Assembly: GCF_009831105.1 (NCBI RefSeq)
Contig: NZ_WUUQ01000001.1
Location: 450,001-482,000 of the forward strand
Reading direction: 5' to 3'
DNA from: Copranaerobaculum intestinale
GTDB lineage: Bacteria; Bacillota_I; Bacilli_A; Erysipelotrichales; Erysipelotrichaceae
DNA: 32,000 nucleotides
Shown: piece after piece, positions 24,602 to 32,000 of the stretch
Layout: each line of letters opens with the position of its first letter
How positions within the stretch are numbered: the stretch's first letter is position 1
Program-made: the position numbers and the translations under genes
The notes under the pieces: generated by a model
What the model saw: only the letters and a program-made list of their open reading frames with translations
The model's database searches: none
What the model was told of the DNA's origin: nothing

Positions 24602-25759
24602 GTGATGAGTTTGCTGTGTAAGCGATGTGGCAATACCGATGAGCGGTATTTTTATCAGGATGGGGAGGTATGGTACTGCCGGCGCTGCGTGCAGTTTGGA
24701 AGATTGAATGTCGGTGAGGAAGTTCCGGTGAAAGTTTATCAAACAAAACGCCATCATTGCCGGCTTCATTTGAAATATCCGCTGAGCGACGCACAGGCAA
24801 AGGCTTCTGGTGAGGTAGCCGGCTGGGTAAAGCAGGGAAAACCCGTACTGCTTTACGCGGCATGCGGGAGCGGCAAAACTGAAATCGTCATGGAGAGCAT
24901 TCAACAGGCATTAAATGCTGGGTTGAAAGTAGGCTTTGCGATTTCACGCCGGCAGGTCGTACTGGAAATCTGTGCACGGATGAAACAGGCCTTTCCTCGT
25001 CTTCATGTCATAGCGGTGTGTGAGGGCAGCACCAGAGTGACCGATGGTGATCTGATAATCTGTACCATGCATCAGCTGTACCGCTATCATCAAGCGTTTG
25101 ATGTATTGATCATGGATGAAGTAGATGCATTTCCTTATAAGCATAATGCGCTGTTGGAACAGATTGCACATCATGCAATGAAGGGAAGTGTCGTCTATCT
25201 AACCGCAACCCCGGATGAGGAAATGCTGAAGCGGGTGGAAAAGGGAGAGTGGGCGATGGTACAGCTGTTTCAACGACCGCACGGTCATCCTTTGGTGATA
25301 CCAAAACAACGGAAAGCACCTTTGATCCTTCAGTATGTATTTCTGCTGGCATTTATTGAGCGGTGCATTCACCGCGGCAAGCAGCTTCTGCTGTTTGTGC
25401 CGACGCGGCGATTTGGACATAAGCTGTATCGCTGGCTAAAGCTTCGTTACCGCTGCCGGTTAATAACCTCCGTTACTTCAGAGAAAGAATCAATGATTGA
25501 GGCACTGCGTACACAGAAGCTGCAGTTTCTTATCACAACCACGGTATTGGAGCGCGGTGTCACCTTTGATGATATTCAAACCGCAGTGATTTGTGCCGAC
25601 CATCCGGTATTTGATGAAGCCAGCTTGATTCAGATCATCGGCCGAGTGGGCAGAAATATTCACCACCCAAGCGGTGAAGGGCTCTTTTTATTCACCCATC
25701 GCACACTTGCGATTACGCGGTGTCTGCATGCTTTGGAGATGATGAATGCACAAGCCTGA
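24602..25759 (+). CDS. comFA: Competence protein ComFA (DEAD-box-like ssDNA-uptake ATPase/helicase)
   Basis: An N-terminal four-Cys zinc finger is present (CKRCGN...YCRRC). Walker A is AACGSGKTE, the DEAD-like box is IMDEVD, and helicase C-terminal motifs are TTVLERGVTF and QIIGRVGR. The start is GTG 24602 or the adjacent ATG 24605. Confidence 0.85.
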   Translation: MMSLLCKRCGNTDERYFYQDGEVWYCRRCVQFGRLNVGEEVPVKVYQTKRHHCRLHLKYPLSDAQAKASGEVAGWVKQGKPVLLYAACGSGKTEIVMESIQQALNAGLKVGFAISRRQVVLEICARMKQAFPRLHVIAVCEGSTRVTDGDLIICTMHQLYRYHQAFDVLIMDEVDAFPYKHNALLEQIAHHAMKGSVVYLTATPDEEMLKRVEKGEWAMVQLFQRPHGHPLVIPKQRKAPLILQYVFLLAFIERCIHRGKQLLLFVPTRRFGHKLYRWLKLRYRCRLITSVTSEKESMIEALRTQKLQFLITTTVLERGVTFDDIQTAVICADHPVFDEASLIQIIGRVGRNIHHPSGEGLFLFTHRTLAITRCLHALEMMNAQA

Positions 25760-26447
25760 TAAAATATGTCCGGTCTGTTTTTCAAGCCGTTCAACCGATC
25801 AGACCCTGGGAAATTGGTTTTGGAACCGGGATATCCTTTGCGGCGGCTGCCGTTCGTATTTCATCCCAGCCAATGGTTTTTTTGAGCTCGGTGAACTTCG
25901 GGTCTTTGCCCTATATCAATATGAGGAACAGATCGAAAATCTGCTGTATCAATATAAAGAAAACCGGGATGCGGCGCTGGCTGATATTTTCTTCTGGCTG
26001 AATGCGAAGCAGATCACCAGAAGGTATCGTGGTTATACGATGATCGGCATGCCGTCTTCCGCGGATAAAATCGCGGAACGAGGGTTTCATCATCTGAAAC
26101 GAATGCTGGAAGTTGTTCAGCTTCCGTATGCTGATCTTTTTGAAAAGGATGCTGCGTATAAGCAGTCTTTGAAAAGCGGTGCAGAACGCAAAGAAATTAA
26201 ATCTCATATGCGGCTGAGAAAAGATGCGGTAATTCCCAATACTCCATTGCTTCTGGTCGATGATGTATGTACGACCGGGGCTACTTTGAAACATGCATAT
26301 AAGCTGCTGGAAAAGCATACCATGGATATGGAAGCACTGGTGCTGAGTGCTCATGAAAAAATTACGATCCATTCGGATGATGAGAAAGCGCTTCGACGAA
26401 AAAAAGGAAGGAAAAAACAGTATGACAGGAAAAGTAAAATGGTTTAA
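25746..26447 (+). CDS. comFC: Competence protein ComFC (phosphoribosyltransferase-fold)
   Basis: An N-terminal Cys4 finger is present (CPVCFS...CGGCRS), along with the PRTase loop [14 protein letters not shown]. It overlaps the comFA stop by 14 nt. A basic C-terminal tail ([17 protein letters not shown]) runs over the start of the next gene. Confidence 0.85.
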   Translation: MHKPDKICPVCFSSRSTDQTLGNWFWNRDILCGGCRSYFIPANGFFELGELRVFALYQYEEQIENLLYQYKENRDAALADIFFWLNAKQITRRYRGYTMIGMPSSADKIAERGFHHLKRMLEVVQLPYADLFEKDAAYKQSLKSGAERKEIKSHMRLRKDAVIPNTPLLLVDDVCTTGATLKHAYKLLEKHTMDMEALVLSAHEKITIHSDDEKALRRKKGRKKQYDRKSKMV

Positions 26448-26619
26448 CGCAGAAAAGGGATTTGGCTTTATTTCACAAGAGGACGGAAGAGATGTTTTTG
26501 TCCATTATTCACATATTCAACAGGAGGGATATAAGAGCTTAGAGGAAGGTGAAGCAGTCAGCTTTGACGTGATCGAAGCAGAAAAAGGACTGCAGGCAAG
26601 AAATGTTGTGAAAGTATGA
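26422..26619 (+). CDS. Cold-shock protein (CspA family), 65 aa
   Basis: [17 protein letters not shown] (RNP1) and DVFVHYS (RNP2) are present. I place the start at ATG 26422 (AAGGAAGG SD), not at 26347. It overlaps the comFC 3' end by 26 nt in another frame. Confidence 0.95.
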   Translation: MTGKVKWFNAEKGFGFISQEDGRDVFVHYSHIQQEGYKSLEEGEAVSFDVIEAEKGLQARNVVKV

Positions 26620-26626
26620 AAATGAA

Positions 26627-26655
26627 TTGATTTCAAGGGTCTTTTTGACTATAAT
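26627..26655 (+). promoter_or_regulatory. Candidate sigma-A promoter for the second csp gene
   Basis: TTGATT (26627-26632), a 17-nt spacer, then TATAAT (26650-26655). Confidence 0.55.
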
Positions 26656-26699
26656 ATGAATATGCATTTAAGGTGAGCATAGAAAGGTATAGGAGCATT

Positions 26700-26897
26700 A
26701 TGCAAGGAAAAGTAAAGATGTTTAACGCGGAGAAAGGATTCGGCTTTATCACAACAGATGATGGAAAAGACGTGTTCTTTCATTACTCTCAATTGATGAT
26801 GGAAGGCTATAAAACAATCGAGAGTGATACGCTGGTTGAGTTCGATCTGACAGAGACAGACCGCGGACCTCAGGCGCATAATATCGTTAAGCTGTAA
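26700..26897 (+). CDS. Cold-shock protein (CspA family), 65 aa, paralog of the preceding gene
   Basis: [17 protein letters not shown] (RNP1) and DVFFHYS (RNP2) are present. I place the start at ATG 26700 (AGGAG SD at 26691-26695), not at 26673. Confidence 0.95.
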   Translation: MQGKVKMFNAEKGFGFITTDDGKDVFFHYSQLMMEGYKTIESDTLVEFDLTETDRGPQAHNIVKL

Positions 26898-26899
26898 AA

Positions 26900-26933
26900 G
26901 GGAGCAGGCAGGGGCCTGCTTCCTTTCTCTTTT
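26900..26933 (+). terminator. Intrinsic terminator after the csp pair
   Basis: The GC-rich stem AGCAGGC (26903-26909) / GCCTGCT (26914-26920) has a 4-nt loop AGGG. It is followed by the T-rich TCCTTTCTCTTTT. Confidence 0.7.
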
Positions 26934-26995
26934 ACGGTTTGGAAAGGCTGCTTTTATCAGGCTTTCACGAATCTGCAAGACAAAGCAAATATACT

Positions 26996-27023
26996 TTTAC
27001 AATGCATATTTCTATGTTATAAT
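26996..27023 (+). promoter_or_regulatory. Candidate sigma-A promoter for secA (extended -10)
   Basis: TTTACA (26996-27001), a 16-nt spacer containing TG at 27015-27016, then TATAAT (27018-27023). Confidence 0.5.
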
Positions 27024-27075
27024 CTATACTGCATGATACTATGCTTTTCATAGTAATAAATGGAGGAATTGTGCC

Positions 27076-29418
27076 ATGGGATTATTCAATAAACTGTTTG
27101 GCGGAGATAACAGCCTGCTGAAACAATTCAACAAGACTGCGGATGAAGTAGAAACTTTTAAAGCCGCGATGGAAGCGCTGAGCGATGACGAATTAAAGGG
27201 AAAAACCAATGAGTTTATCGCGCGCTACGAACAAGGAGAAACATTAGAGAGTTTACAGACGGAAGCTTTTGCCGTAGCGCGTGAAGCAGCTCGGCGGGTA
27301 ATCGGAGAGTTCCCGTATCACGTACAGATTGTCGGCGCCTGTGTCATGCACAGCGGCGATATCGCAGAAATGAAAACCGGTGAAGGTAAAACACTGACAT
27401 CCGTCATGTGTGTTTACCTGAACGCATTAGCCAAAAAAGGTGTGCATGTCGTTACGGTCAATGAGTATCTGGCAGCTCGTGATGCGGAGTGGATGGGACA
27501 AATTTACCGGTTTTTGGGACTGAGTGTCGGTGTGAATGAAAGAGCGCTAACCCCGGCCGAAAAACGCGCCGCTTACGCATGTGATATTACATATACGACA
27601 AATTCAGAATTAGGATTTGATTACCTGCGTGACAACATGGTTACTGAGGTCGAGGATCGCGTATTGCGCGGATTGCATATGGCGGTTGTCGATGAAGTCG
27701 ATTCCATTTTGATTGATGAATCCCGTACTCCGCTGATTATTTCCGGTGGTGCAAAGCAAACCGCGAACCTGTATATCCAGGCTGATAAATTTGCGAAGAC
27801 CTTACAGGAATCTGATTATGAGATCGATGAAAAAACCCGTCAGATCATGCTTACCGAGGAAGGTGTTGACACCGCTGAGAAATATTTTAAATTAAACAAT
27901 CTGTATGATGTTGAGCATACGCAGTTAGTACACCATATTCAACAAGCGCTGCGTGCCAATTACATCATGATGCGCGATGTGGAATACGTAGTTCAGGAGG
28001 ACGAAATTGTCATCGTTGACTCTTTCACCGGACGTTTGATGAAGGGCCGTGCTTACAGCGACGGTCTGCACCAGGCGATTGAAGCTAAGGAAGGGGTTTC
28101 CATTAAGGAAGAAACTACCACCTTGGCAACCATTACGTATCAGAACTTCTTTCGCTTATATGAAAAGCTTGCCGGCATGACCGGTACTGCCAAGACCGAA
28201 GAAGAAGAATTCCTTTCGATCTATAATATGCGCGTGTTGGAAATTCCGACAAATAAGCCGGTTATTCGTGATGACCGTCCGGATGCGATCTTTGCGACAC
28301 CGGAATTAAAGTACCGTGCGATGGTGAACGAAATCGCAGAGCTGTATGAAAAAGGTCAGCCGGTGCTGGTCGGTACGGTATCCGTAGAAGTCAGTGAAAT
28401 TCTTTCAGAGCTATTGGATGCACGCAAGATTCCTCATGAGGTGCTGAACGCGAAGAACCATGCCCGTGAGGCTGAAATTATTGCGAAGGCAGGTCAACTG
28501 AAATCGGTTACGATCGCAACGAATATGGCCGGTCGAGGTACGGATATCAAATTGACTCCGGAAACACGTGAATTGGGCGGATTAGCGGTTTTGGGCAGTG
28601 AACGCCATGAATCACGCCGTATCGATAATCAGCTGCGCGGGCGTTCTGGCCGTCAGGGCGATCCTGGCTATTCCCGTTTCTATGTATCATTAAAAGATTC
28701 CCTGATGGTACGTTTCGGCGGTGAAAAGCTGCAGTCCTTATTCAACTCGCTGGGGGATCAGCAGATTGAATCGAAAATGGTTACGAAATCTATCACACAG
28801 GCGCAGCGCCGAGTTGAGGGATATAACTTCGATATTCGTAAGCAGCTGCTTGATTATGATGATGTTCTGCGCCAGCAGCGCGAGATTATGTATGATCAGC
28901 GTAATTTTGTCTTAGAGAATGACGATGTGCATAACATCGTTCACGATATGTTTGATCGTGTTATTACAAGTGTGATTCGCGCGAATGCCGATGAGACTAA
29001 GCGGGATAACAAAATCAACGGTGAATCCGTAGAACAGGGTCTGGAAGTGCTTGGTTTTGAATCAGATTTAATCAAGGCTGAGGATCTAAAGAATATGTCG
29101 GTGGATGAAGCCGCTAAATTCTGCTGTGATAAGGCATGGAATTATTATGAATCCAAAATCGGCGATGATATCAAGGAGCAGTTCCTGCCGTTTGAGAAAA
29201 GCATCGTACTCAGAAACATCGACCGCAACTGGATTGAACACATTGATATTATGAGCAAGCTCCGTGACGGCATTCACCTGCGTTCCTATGCGCAGACAAA
29301 TCCGCTGCAGGCTTATGTAACTGAAGGATATGAAATGTTCGAGGAAATGATGGAGCGGATTGCCCGTGAAGTTGTATTCTTCGCAATGAAGATTCAAATT
29401 GAGCGGAGGGCTGCTTAA
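27076..29418 (+). CDS. secA: Preprotein translocase ATPase SecA (780 aa, without the C-terminal zinc-binding tail)
   Basis: Canonical blocks are present: MKTGEGKTLT (Walker A), DEVDSILIDESRTPLIISG, TGMTGTA, TIATNMAGRGTDIKL, ERHESRRIDNQLRGRSGRQGDPG. A GGAGG SD lies upstream. Confidence 0.98.
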   Translation: MGLFNKLFGGDNSLLKQFNKTADEVETFKAAMEALSDDELKGKTNEFIARYEQGETLESLQTEAFAVAREAARRVIGEFPYHVQIVGACVMHSGDIAEMKTGEGKTLTSVMCVYLNALAKKGVHVVTVNEYLAARDAEWMGQIYRFLGLSVGVNERALTPAEKRAAYACDITYTTNSELGFDYLRDNMVTEVEDRVLRGLHMAVVDEVDSILIDESRTPLIISGGAKQTANLYIQADKFAKTLQESDYEIDEKTRQIMLTEEGVDTAEKYFKLNNLYDVEHTQLVHHIQQALRANYIMMRDVEYVVQEDEIVIVDSFTGRLMKGRAYSDGLHQAIEAKEGVSIKEETTTLATITYQNFFRLYEKLAGMTGTAKTEEEEFLSIYNMRVLEIPTNKPVIRDDRPDAIFATPELKYRAMVNEIAELYEKGQPVLVGTVSVEVSEILSELLDARKIPHEVLNAKNHAREAEIIAKAGQLKSVTIATNMAGRGTDIKLTPETRELGGLAVLGSERHESRRIDNQLRGRSGRQGDPGYSRFYVSLKDSLMVRFGGEKLQSLFNSLGDQQIESKMVTKSITQAQRRVEGYNFDIRKQLLDYDDVLRQQREIMYDQRNFVLENDDVHNIVHDMFDRVITSVIRANADETKRDNKINGESVEQGLEVLGFESDLIKAEDLKNMSVDEAAKFCCDKAWNYYESKIGDDIKEQFLPFEKSIVLRNIDRNWIEHIDIMSKLRDGIHLRSYAQTNPLQAYVTEGYEMFEEMMERIAREVVFFAMKIQIERRAA

Positions 29419-30522
29419 TGGAACTTTATGAATTAAAACAAGGAGTGGAAACTCACCTGGCTAAGCTTTATCAGCTAGGTGAGTCACTTTGACTTAGCTG
29501 CCAGACGACATAAAATTGAAGAACTCAATGCGCAGACAATGCAGGAGGATTTTTGGAGCGATCCTCATTCTGCTCAGCAGATGCTGCGAAAATTAAACTC
29601 CATCAAGGATGTGGTAAATGCCTATAATCATCTGGAAACACTGCTTCACTCTCTGCAGGAAACCCATGATTTATTGAAATCTGAAATGGATCAGGAAATC
29701 ATGGAGCTGGCCGGGGAAGAATATCACGAGATGGAAAAGACATTTGATGATTTTGAGATAAAGATCCTGCTATCTCATGAATATGATCATTCCAATGCCA
29801 TTGTCGAGCTGCACCCGGGAGCCGGCGGAACCGAATCGATGGATTGGACCGAAATGCTGTACCGTATGTATTCACGTTGGGCTTCCAATAAGGGTTTCAA
29901 AGTAACTGTTTTGGATTATTTGGCGGGGGAAGAAGCCGGTATCAAATCGGTAACCATGCTGATCGAGGGTGACATGGCCTATGGGTATCTGAAAGCGGAA
30001 AAAGGAGTTCACCGTTTGGTGAGAATTTCACCCTTTGACGCTGGGGCAAGACGCCACACGTCTTTTGCGTCGGTGGATGTAATGCCGCAGTTCAATGATG
30101 AAATTGAAATCGATATCAAGCCGGAAGATTTGATTGTGGAAACCAAGCGTGCCAGCGGAGCCGGCGGACAGCACATCAACAAAACTGACTCTGCCGTACG
30201 CATGGTGCATAAGCCGACCGGATTGGTGGCAACCTGTCAGAACGGGCGTTCCCAGCATGAAAACCGTGAAGAAGCACTGCGTATTTTAAAAAGTCGCATC
30301 TATCAGAAAATGATCGAAGAGCAAGAGGCAAAACTTGCGGCGATCAAGGGAGAACAAAAGGCAAACGAGTGGGGTTCCCAAATTCGTTCCTATGTTTTCC
30401 ATCCTTACTCATTAGTAAAGGATGTGCGTACCGGTTATGAGACCGGCAATGTGCAGGGTGTGATGGATGGTGATCTCGATGAGTTCATCTACGCCTATTT
30501 AAAATCACAAATACAATCCTAG
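29418..30522 (+). CDS. prfB: Peptide chain release factor 2, expressed through a +1 programmed ribosomal frameshift: join(29418..29489, 29491..30522)
   Basis: Frame 0 reads MELYELKQGVETHLAKLYQLGESL and then hits TGA at 29490-29492 within CTT TGA C. The +1 frame continues DLAARRHKIEELN... and carries the SPF (RISPFD) and GGQ (SGAGGQHINK) motifs. The ATG shares its A with the secA TAA (TAATG). Confidence 0.95.
29477..29493 (+). promoter_or_regulatory. prfB autoregulatory +1 frameshift site
   Basis: An internal SD-like AGGTGAG (29477-29483) lies 3 nt upstream of the slippery CTT TGA C (29487-29493). This is the same layout as the classical prfB recoding signal. Confidence 0.9.
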
Positions 30523-30553
30523 CAGATGACCGAAAGGCCATCTGTTTATTTTT
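30522..30553 (+). terminator. Intrinsic terminator after prfB
   Basis: CAGATGACC (30523-30531), a GAAA loop, then GGCCATCTG (30536-30544). The stem has one internal A/C mismatch, is otherwise complementary, and is followed by TTTATTTTT. Confidence 0.7.
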
Positions 30554-30635
30554 ACCATGATTTCACATAATTTCATAAGAATGCTTAACTATCTGCTCTT
30601 TACTTACAGTGTCAATATTTTCATTTCTAAATGGG

Positions 30636-30664
30636 TTAGATTTCGTAAAAGAGTATGTTATAAT
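30636..30664 (+). promoter_or_regulatory. Candidate sigma-A promoter for ftsEX (extended -10)
   Basis: TTAGAT (30636-30641), a 17-nt spacer with TG at 30656-30657, then TATAAT (30659-30664). Confidence 0.5.
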
Positions 30665-30686
30665 ACATGGCGAAGGGAATGATAGT

Positions 30687-31376
30687 ATGATTCTTCTTGA
30701 GAATGTTTCAAAAGAGTACAGAAACGGCGTTCATGCGCTTAAAAATATAAATTTACAGATTGAGGACGGCGAATTTGTCTATGTTATAGGGCCTACCGGA
30801 TCAGGGAAATCCACATTGATTAAACTGCTTGACGGGGAAGAAATTCCCAACAGCGGTACGGTGATGGTGGAAAATGTCGATGTCGGCAAGCTGAAGCATT
30901 CCCGGGTGCCGATCTATCGGCGTAATATCGGTGTGGTATTTCAGGATTATCGGCTGCTTCCAAGCTTGACAATTTTTGAGAATATCGCGTTTGCGCTGGA
31001 AGTGATCGGTGAGGACAAAGCAAAGGTGAGAAGACGGGTTCGTGAAGTTTTGGAGCTGGTTTCACTGTCAGAAAAAGCAAAAGCATTTCCAAATGAATTG
31101 TCCGGCGGACAGCAGCAGCGTGCTACGATCGGCAGAGCAATTGCCAATCATCCGAAAGTGCTGATTGCCGATGAGCCGACCGGCAACCTGGATCCGGAAA
31201 AATCTATTGAGATTATGGAATTGTTGGAGAAAATTAATAAAGATCAAAATACGACCATCGTCATGGTAACGCATGACAGTACGATCGTCGACCGTTTTAA
31301 AAAACGCACGATTGCCTTGGAAGAAGGGTTTGTGGTTGCGGACATCATGAAGGGAGGCTACATCCAGCATGATTAA
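30687..31376 (+). CDS. ftsE: Cell-division ABC transporter ATP-binding protein FtsE
   Basis: Walker A is GPTGSGKST, the signature is LSGGQQQR, and Walker B is LIADEPTGNLD. I place the start at ATG 30687 (MILLENVSKEY, AAGGGA SD), not at 30609. Confidence 0.95.
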   Translation: MILLENVSKEYRNGVHALKNINLQIEDGEFVYVIGPTGSGKSTLIKLLDGEEIPNSGTVMVENVDVGKLKHSRVPIYRRNIGVVFQDYRLLPSLTIFENIAFALEVIGEDKAKVRRRVREVLELVSLSEKAKAFPNELSGGQQQRATIGRAIANHPKVLIADEPTGNLDPEKSIEIMELLEKINKDQNTTIVMVTHDSTIVDRFKKRTIALEEGFVVADIMKGGYIQHD

Positions 31377-32000
31377 TTTCATCAAGAGCCTGCCTTATCA
31401 TTTTAAGACAGCGGTCAAAAGCTTTGGACGCCATCTTGCGATGTCTATGTCCGCAGCCTCAGCAGTAACTGTTACATTATCGCTGGTCGGAGTATTTATG
31501 TTGCTGGCGGCAAATGTCAGTTCATTTACCACCAACGTAGAAAGCGGTATCAAAATACGCGTAACCATTGATCCGATTACCACCAAAGAGGAGCGAAGCT
31601 CTTTAAAGACTCAAATTTTATCAATAGATGGTGTGGATAAGGTTACTTTTTCCAGTAAGGAAAATGAATTAAAAGAGTTTGTAAAAGAAAAAGGCGATAT
31701 CTGGGATATCTATAAAGGGGATGGAAATCCTCTTCGGGACGCCTATATCGTTGATGTGAAAGAAGCGAAAAAAAGCGATATTAAGAATATATCGGATACG
31801 ATCAAGAAATTGGATAAAGTTGAGAAGACCTTTTACGGCGGTGACAGTGTCAATGATATGATCGATGTTTTTACAGCCATTCGTAATGGCGGTGCTGTAT
31901 TTATTGCGGCCTTAGCTGTACTGACGGTCTTTCTGATTCAAAATACGATCAAAATGACGATTTATGCCCGCAATCGGGAAATCTCCATTATGCGAAATGT
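31369..32000 (+). CDS. ftsX: Cell-division ABC transporter permease-like protein FtsX (N-terminal part; 3' end outside the window)
   Basis: It is not in the ORF track because it is open-ended. My translation from ATG 31369 (8-nt overlap with ftsE) gives MINFIKSLPYHFKTAVKSFGRHLAMSMSAASAVTVTLSLVGVFMLLAAN... This contains TM1, a periplasmic-type loop, then GGAVFIAALAVLTVFLIQNTIKMTIYARNREISIMR, which is typical of FtsX. Confidence 0.85.
   Translation, partial: MINFIKSLPYHFKTAVKSFGRHLAMSMSAASAVTVTLSLVGVFMLLAANVSSFTTNVESGIKIRVTIDPITTKEERSSLKTQILSIDGVDKVTFSSKENELKEFVKEKGDIWDIYKGDGNPLRDAYIVDVKEAKKSDIKNISDTIKKLDKVEKTFYGGDSVNDMIDVFTAIRNGGAVFIAALAVLTVFLIQNTIKMTIYARNREISIMRN

Noticed and set aside
24474-26372. 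Antisense or out-of-frame ORFs within comFA/comFC (24474-24863, 24566-24904, 24944-25174, 25110-25352, 25199-25420, 25911-26372 on the - strand; 25720-26001 on the + strand)
   Set aside because: They are embedded in genes with clear Walker A / DEAD / PRTase motifs, show no recognisable motifs and have no ribosome-binding sites.
26649-26978. 109-aa - strand ORF covering the second csp gene and its terminator
   Set aside because: It is antisense to an unmistakable CspA-family gene and spans the terminator hairpin. Its translation shows no recognisable motifs.
4593-30686. N-terminal extensions in the supplied ORF track (4593, 9090, 10925, 20127 on the - strand, 24072, 26347, 26673, 29479, 30609)
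   Set aside because: In each case an internal ATG with a proper SD and/or an ATGA/TAATG-type overlap with the upstream stop gives a protein starting at the conserved family N-terminus (for example [25 protein letters not shown]). The longer forms are merely the longest open frames.
1-32000. Searched for CRISPR arrays, tRNA/rRNA genes, IS elements, integrases, phage genes, toxin-antitoxin pairs or recognisable defence systems
   Set aside because: By eye there are no regularly spaced repeats and no transposase, integrase or recombinase motifs. Apart from the polysaccharide-locus ORFs with uncertain function (noted above), every ORF of 140 aa or longer is either accounted for by a recognisable family or rejected above as a shadow ORF. 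This cannot exclude small or highly diverged elements without a search.

Overview
This window comes from a low-GC Gram-positive (Bacillota-type) chromosome and has two compositionally distinct parts.

(1) nt 1-16409, + strand, very AT-rich. By eye it is about 20-32% GC on sampled lines. It holds the distal ~16 kb of a Wzx/Wzy-dependent surface-polysaccharide operon with 16 tightly packed or overlapping genes. In order:
- a CapD/PglF-like 4,6-dehydratase (5' end off-window)
- a LoaP-type NusG paralog followed by a hairpin/T-run
- a DegT-type sugar aminotransferase
- a small PglC/EpsL-type phosphoglycosyl transferase
- a second divergent PLP-fold enzyme
- an ATP-grasp ligase
- three GT4 glycosyltransferases
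- a TviB/WbpO-like UDP-HexNAc 6-dehydrogenase and a TviC/WbpP-like 4-epimerase
- an LpxD-like N-acyltransferase
- a CE4-like putative deacetylase
- a small hexapeptide acetyltransferase
- Wzy and Wzx

(2) nt 16410-16902 is an apparently non-coding AT-rich spacer.

(3) nt 16903-32000 holds core genes at visibly higher GC (about 42-53% on sampled lines).
- On the - strand: galU-addB-addA.
- On the + strand, after a 480-bp structured divergent intergenic region: a stand-alone LytTR regulator, comFA, comFC, two tandem cold-shock genes, secA, prfB (with the classical +1 programmed frameshift), ftsE and ftsX (3' end off-window).

No rRNA, tRNA, CRISPR array, transposase or integrase was recognised.

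The most interesting leads are:
- the NusG-paralog plus terminator gate
- the PLP-enzyme/ATP-grasp pair beside the UDP-GalNAcA genes, which predicts an amide-decorated sugar
- the LpxD-like/deacetylase-like pair
- the repeat-rich galU/lytTR intergenic region (a perfect 17-bp inverted repeat starting at a predicted transcription start, plus a palindrome/direct-repeat cluster)
- the LytTR gene apparently fused to the comF operon

All functional calls rest on motif recognition by eye. No database search was run.
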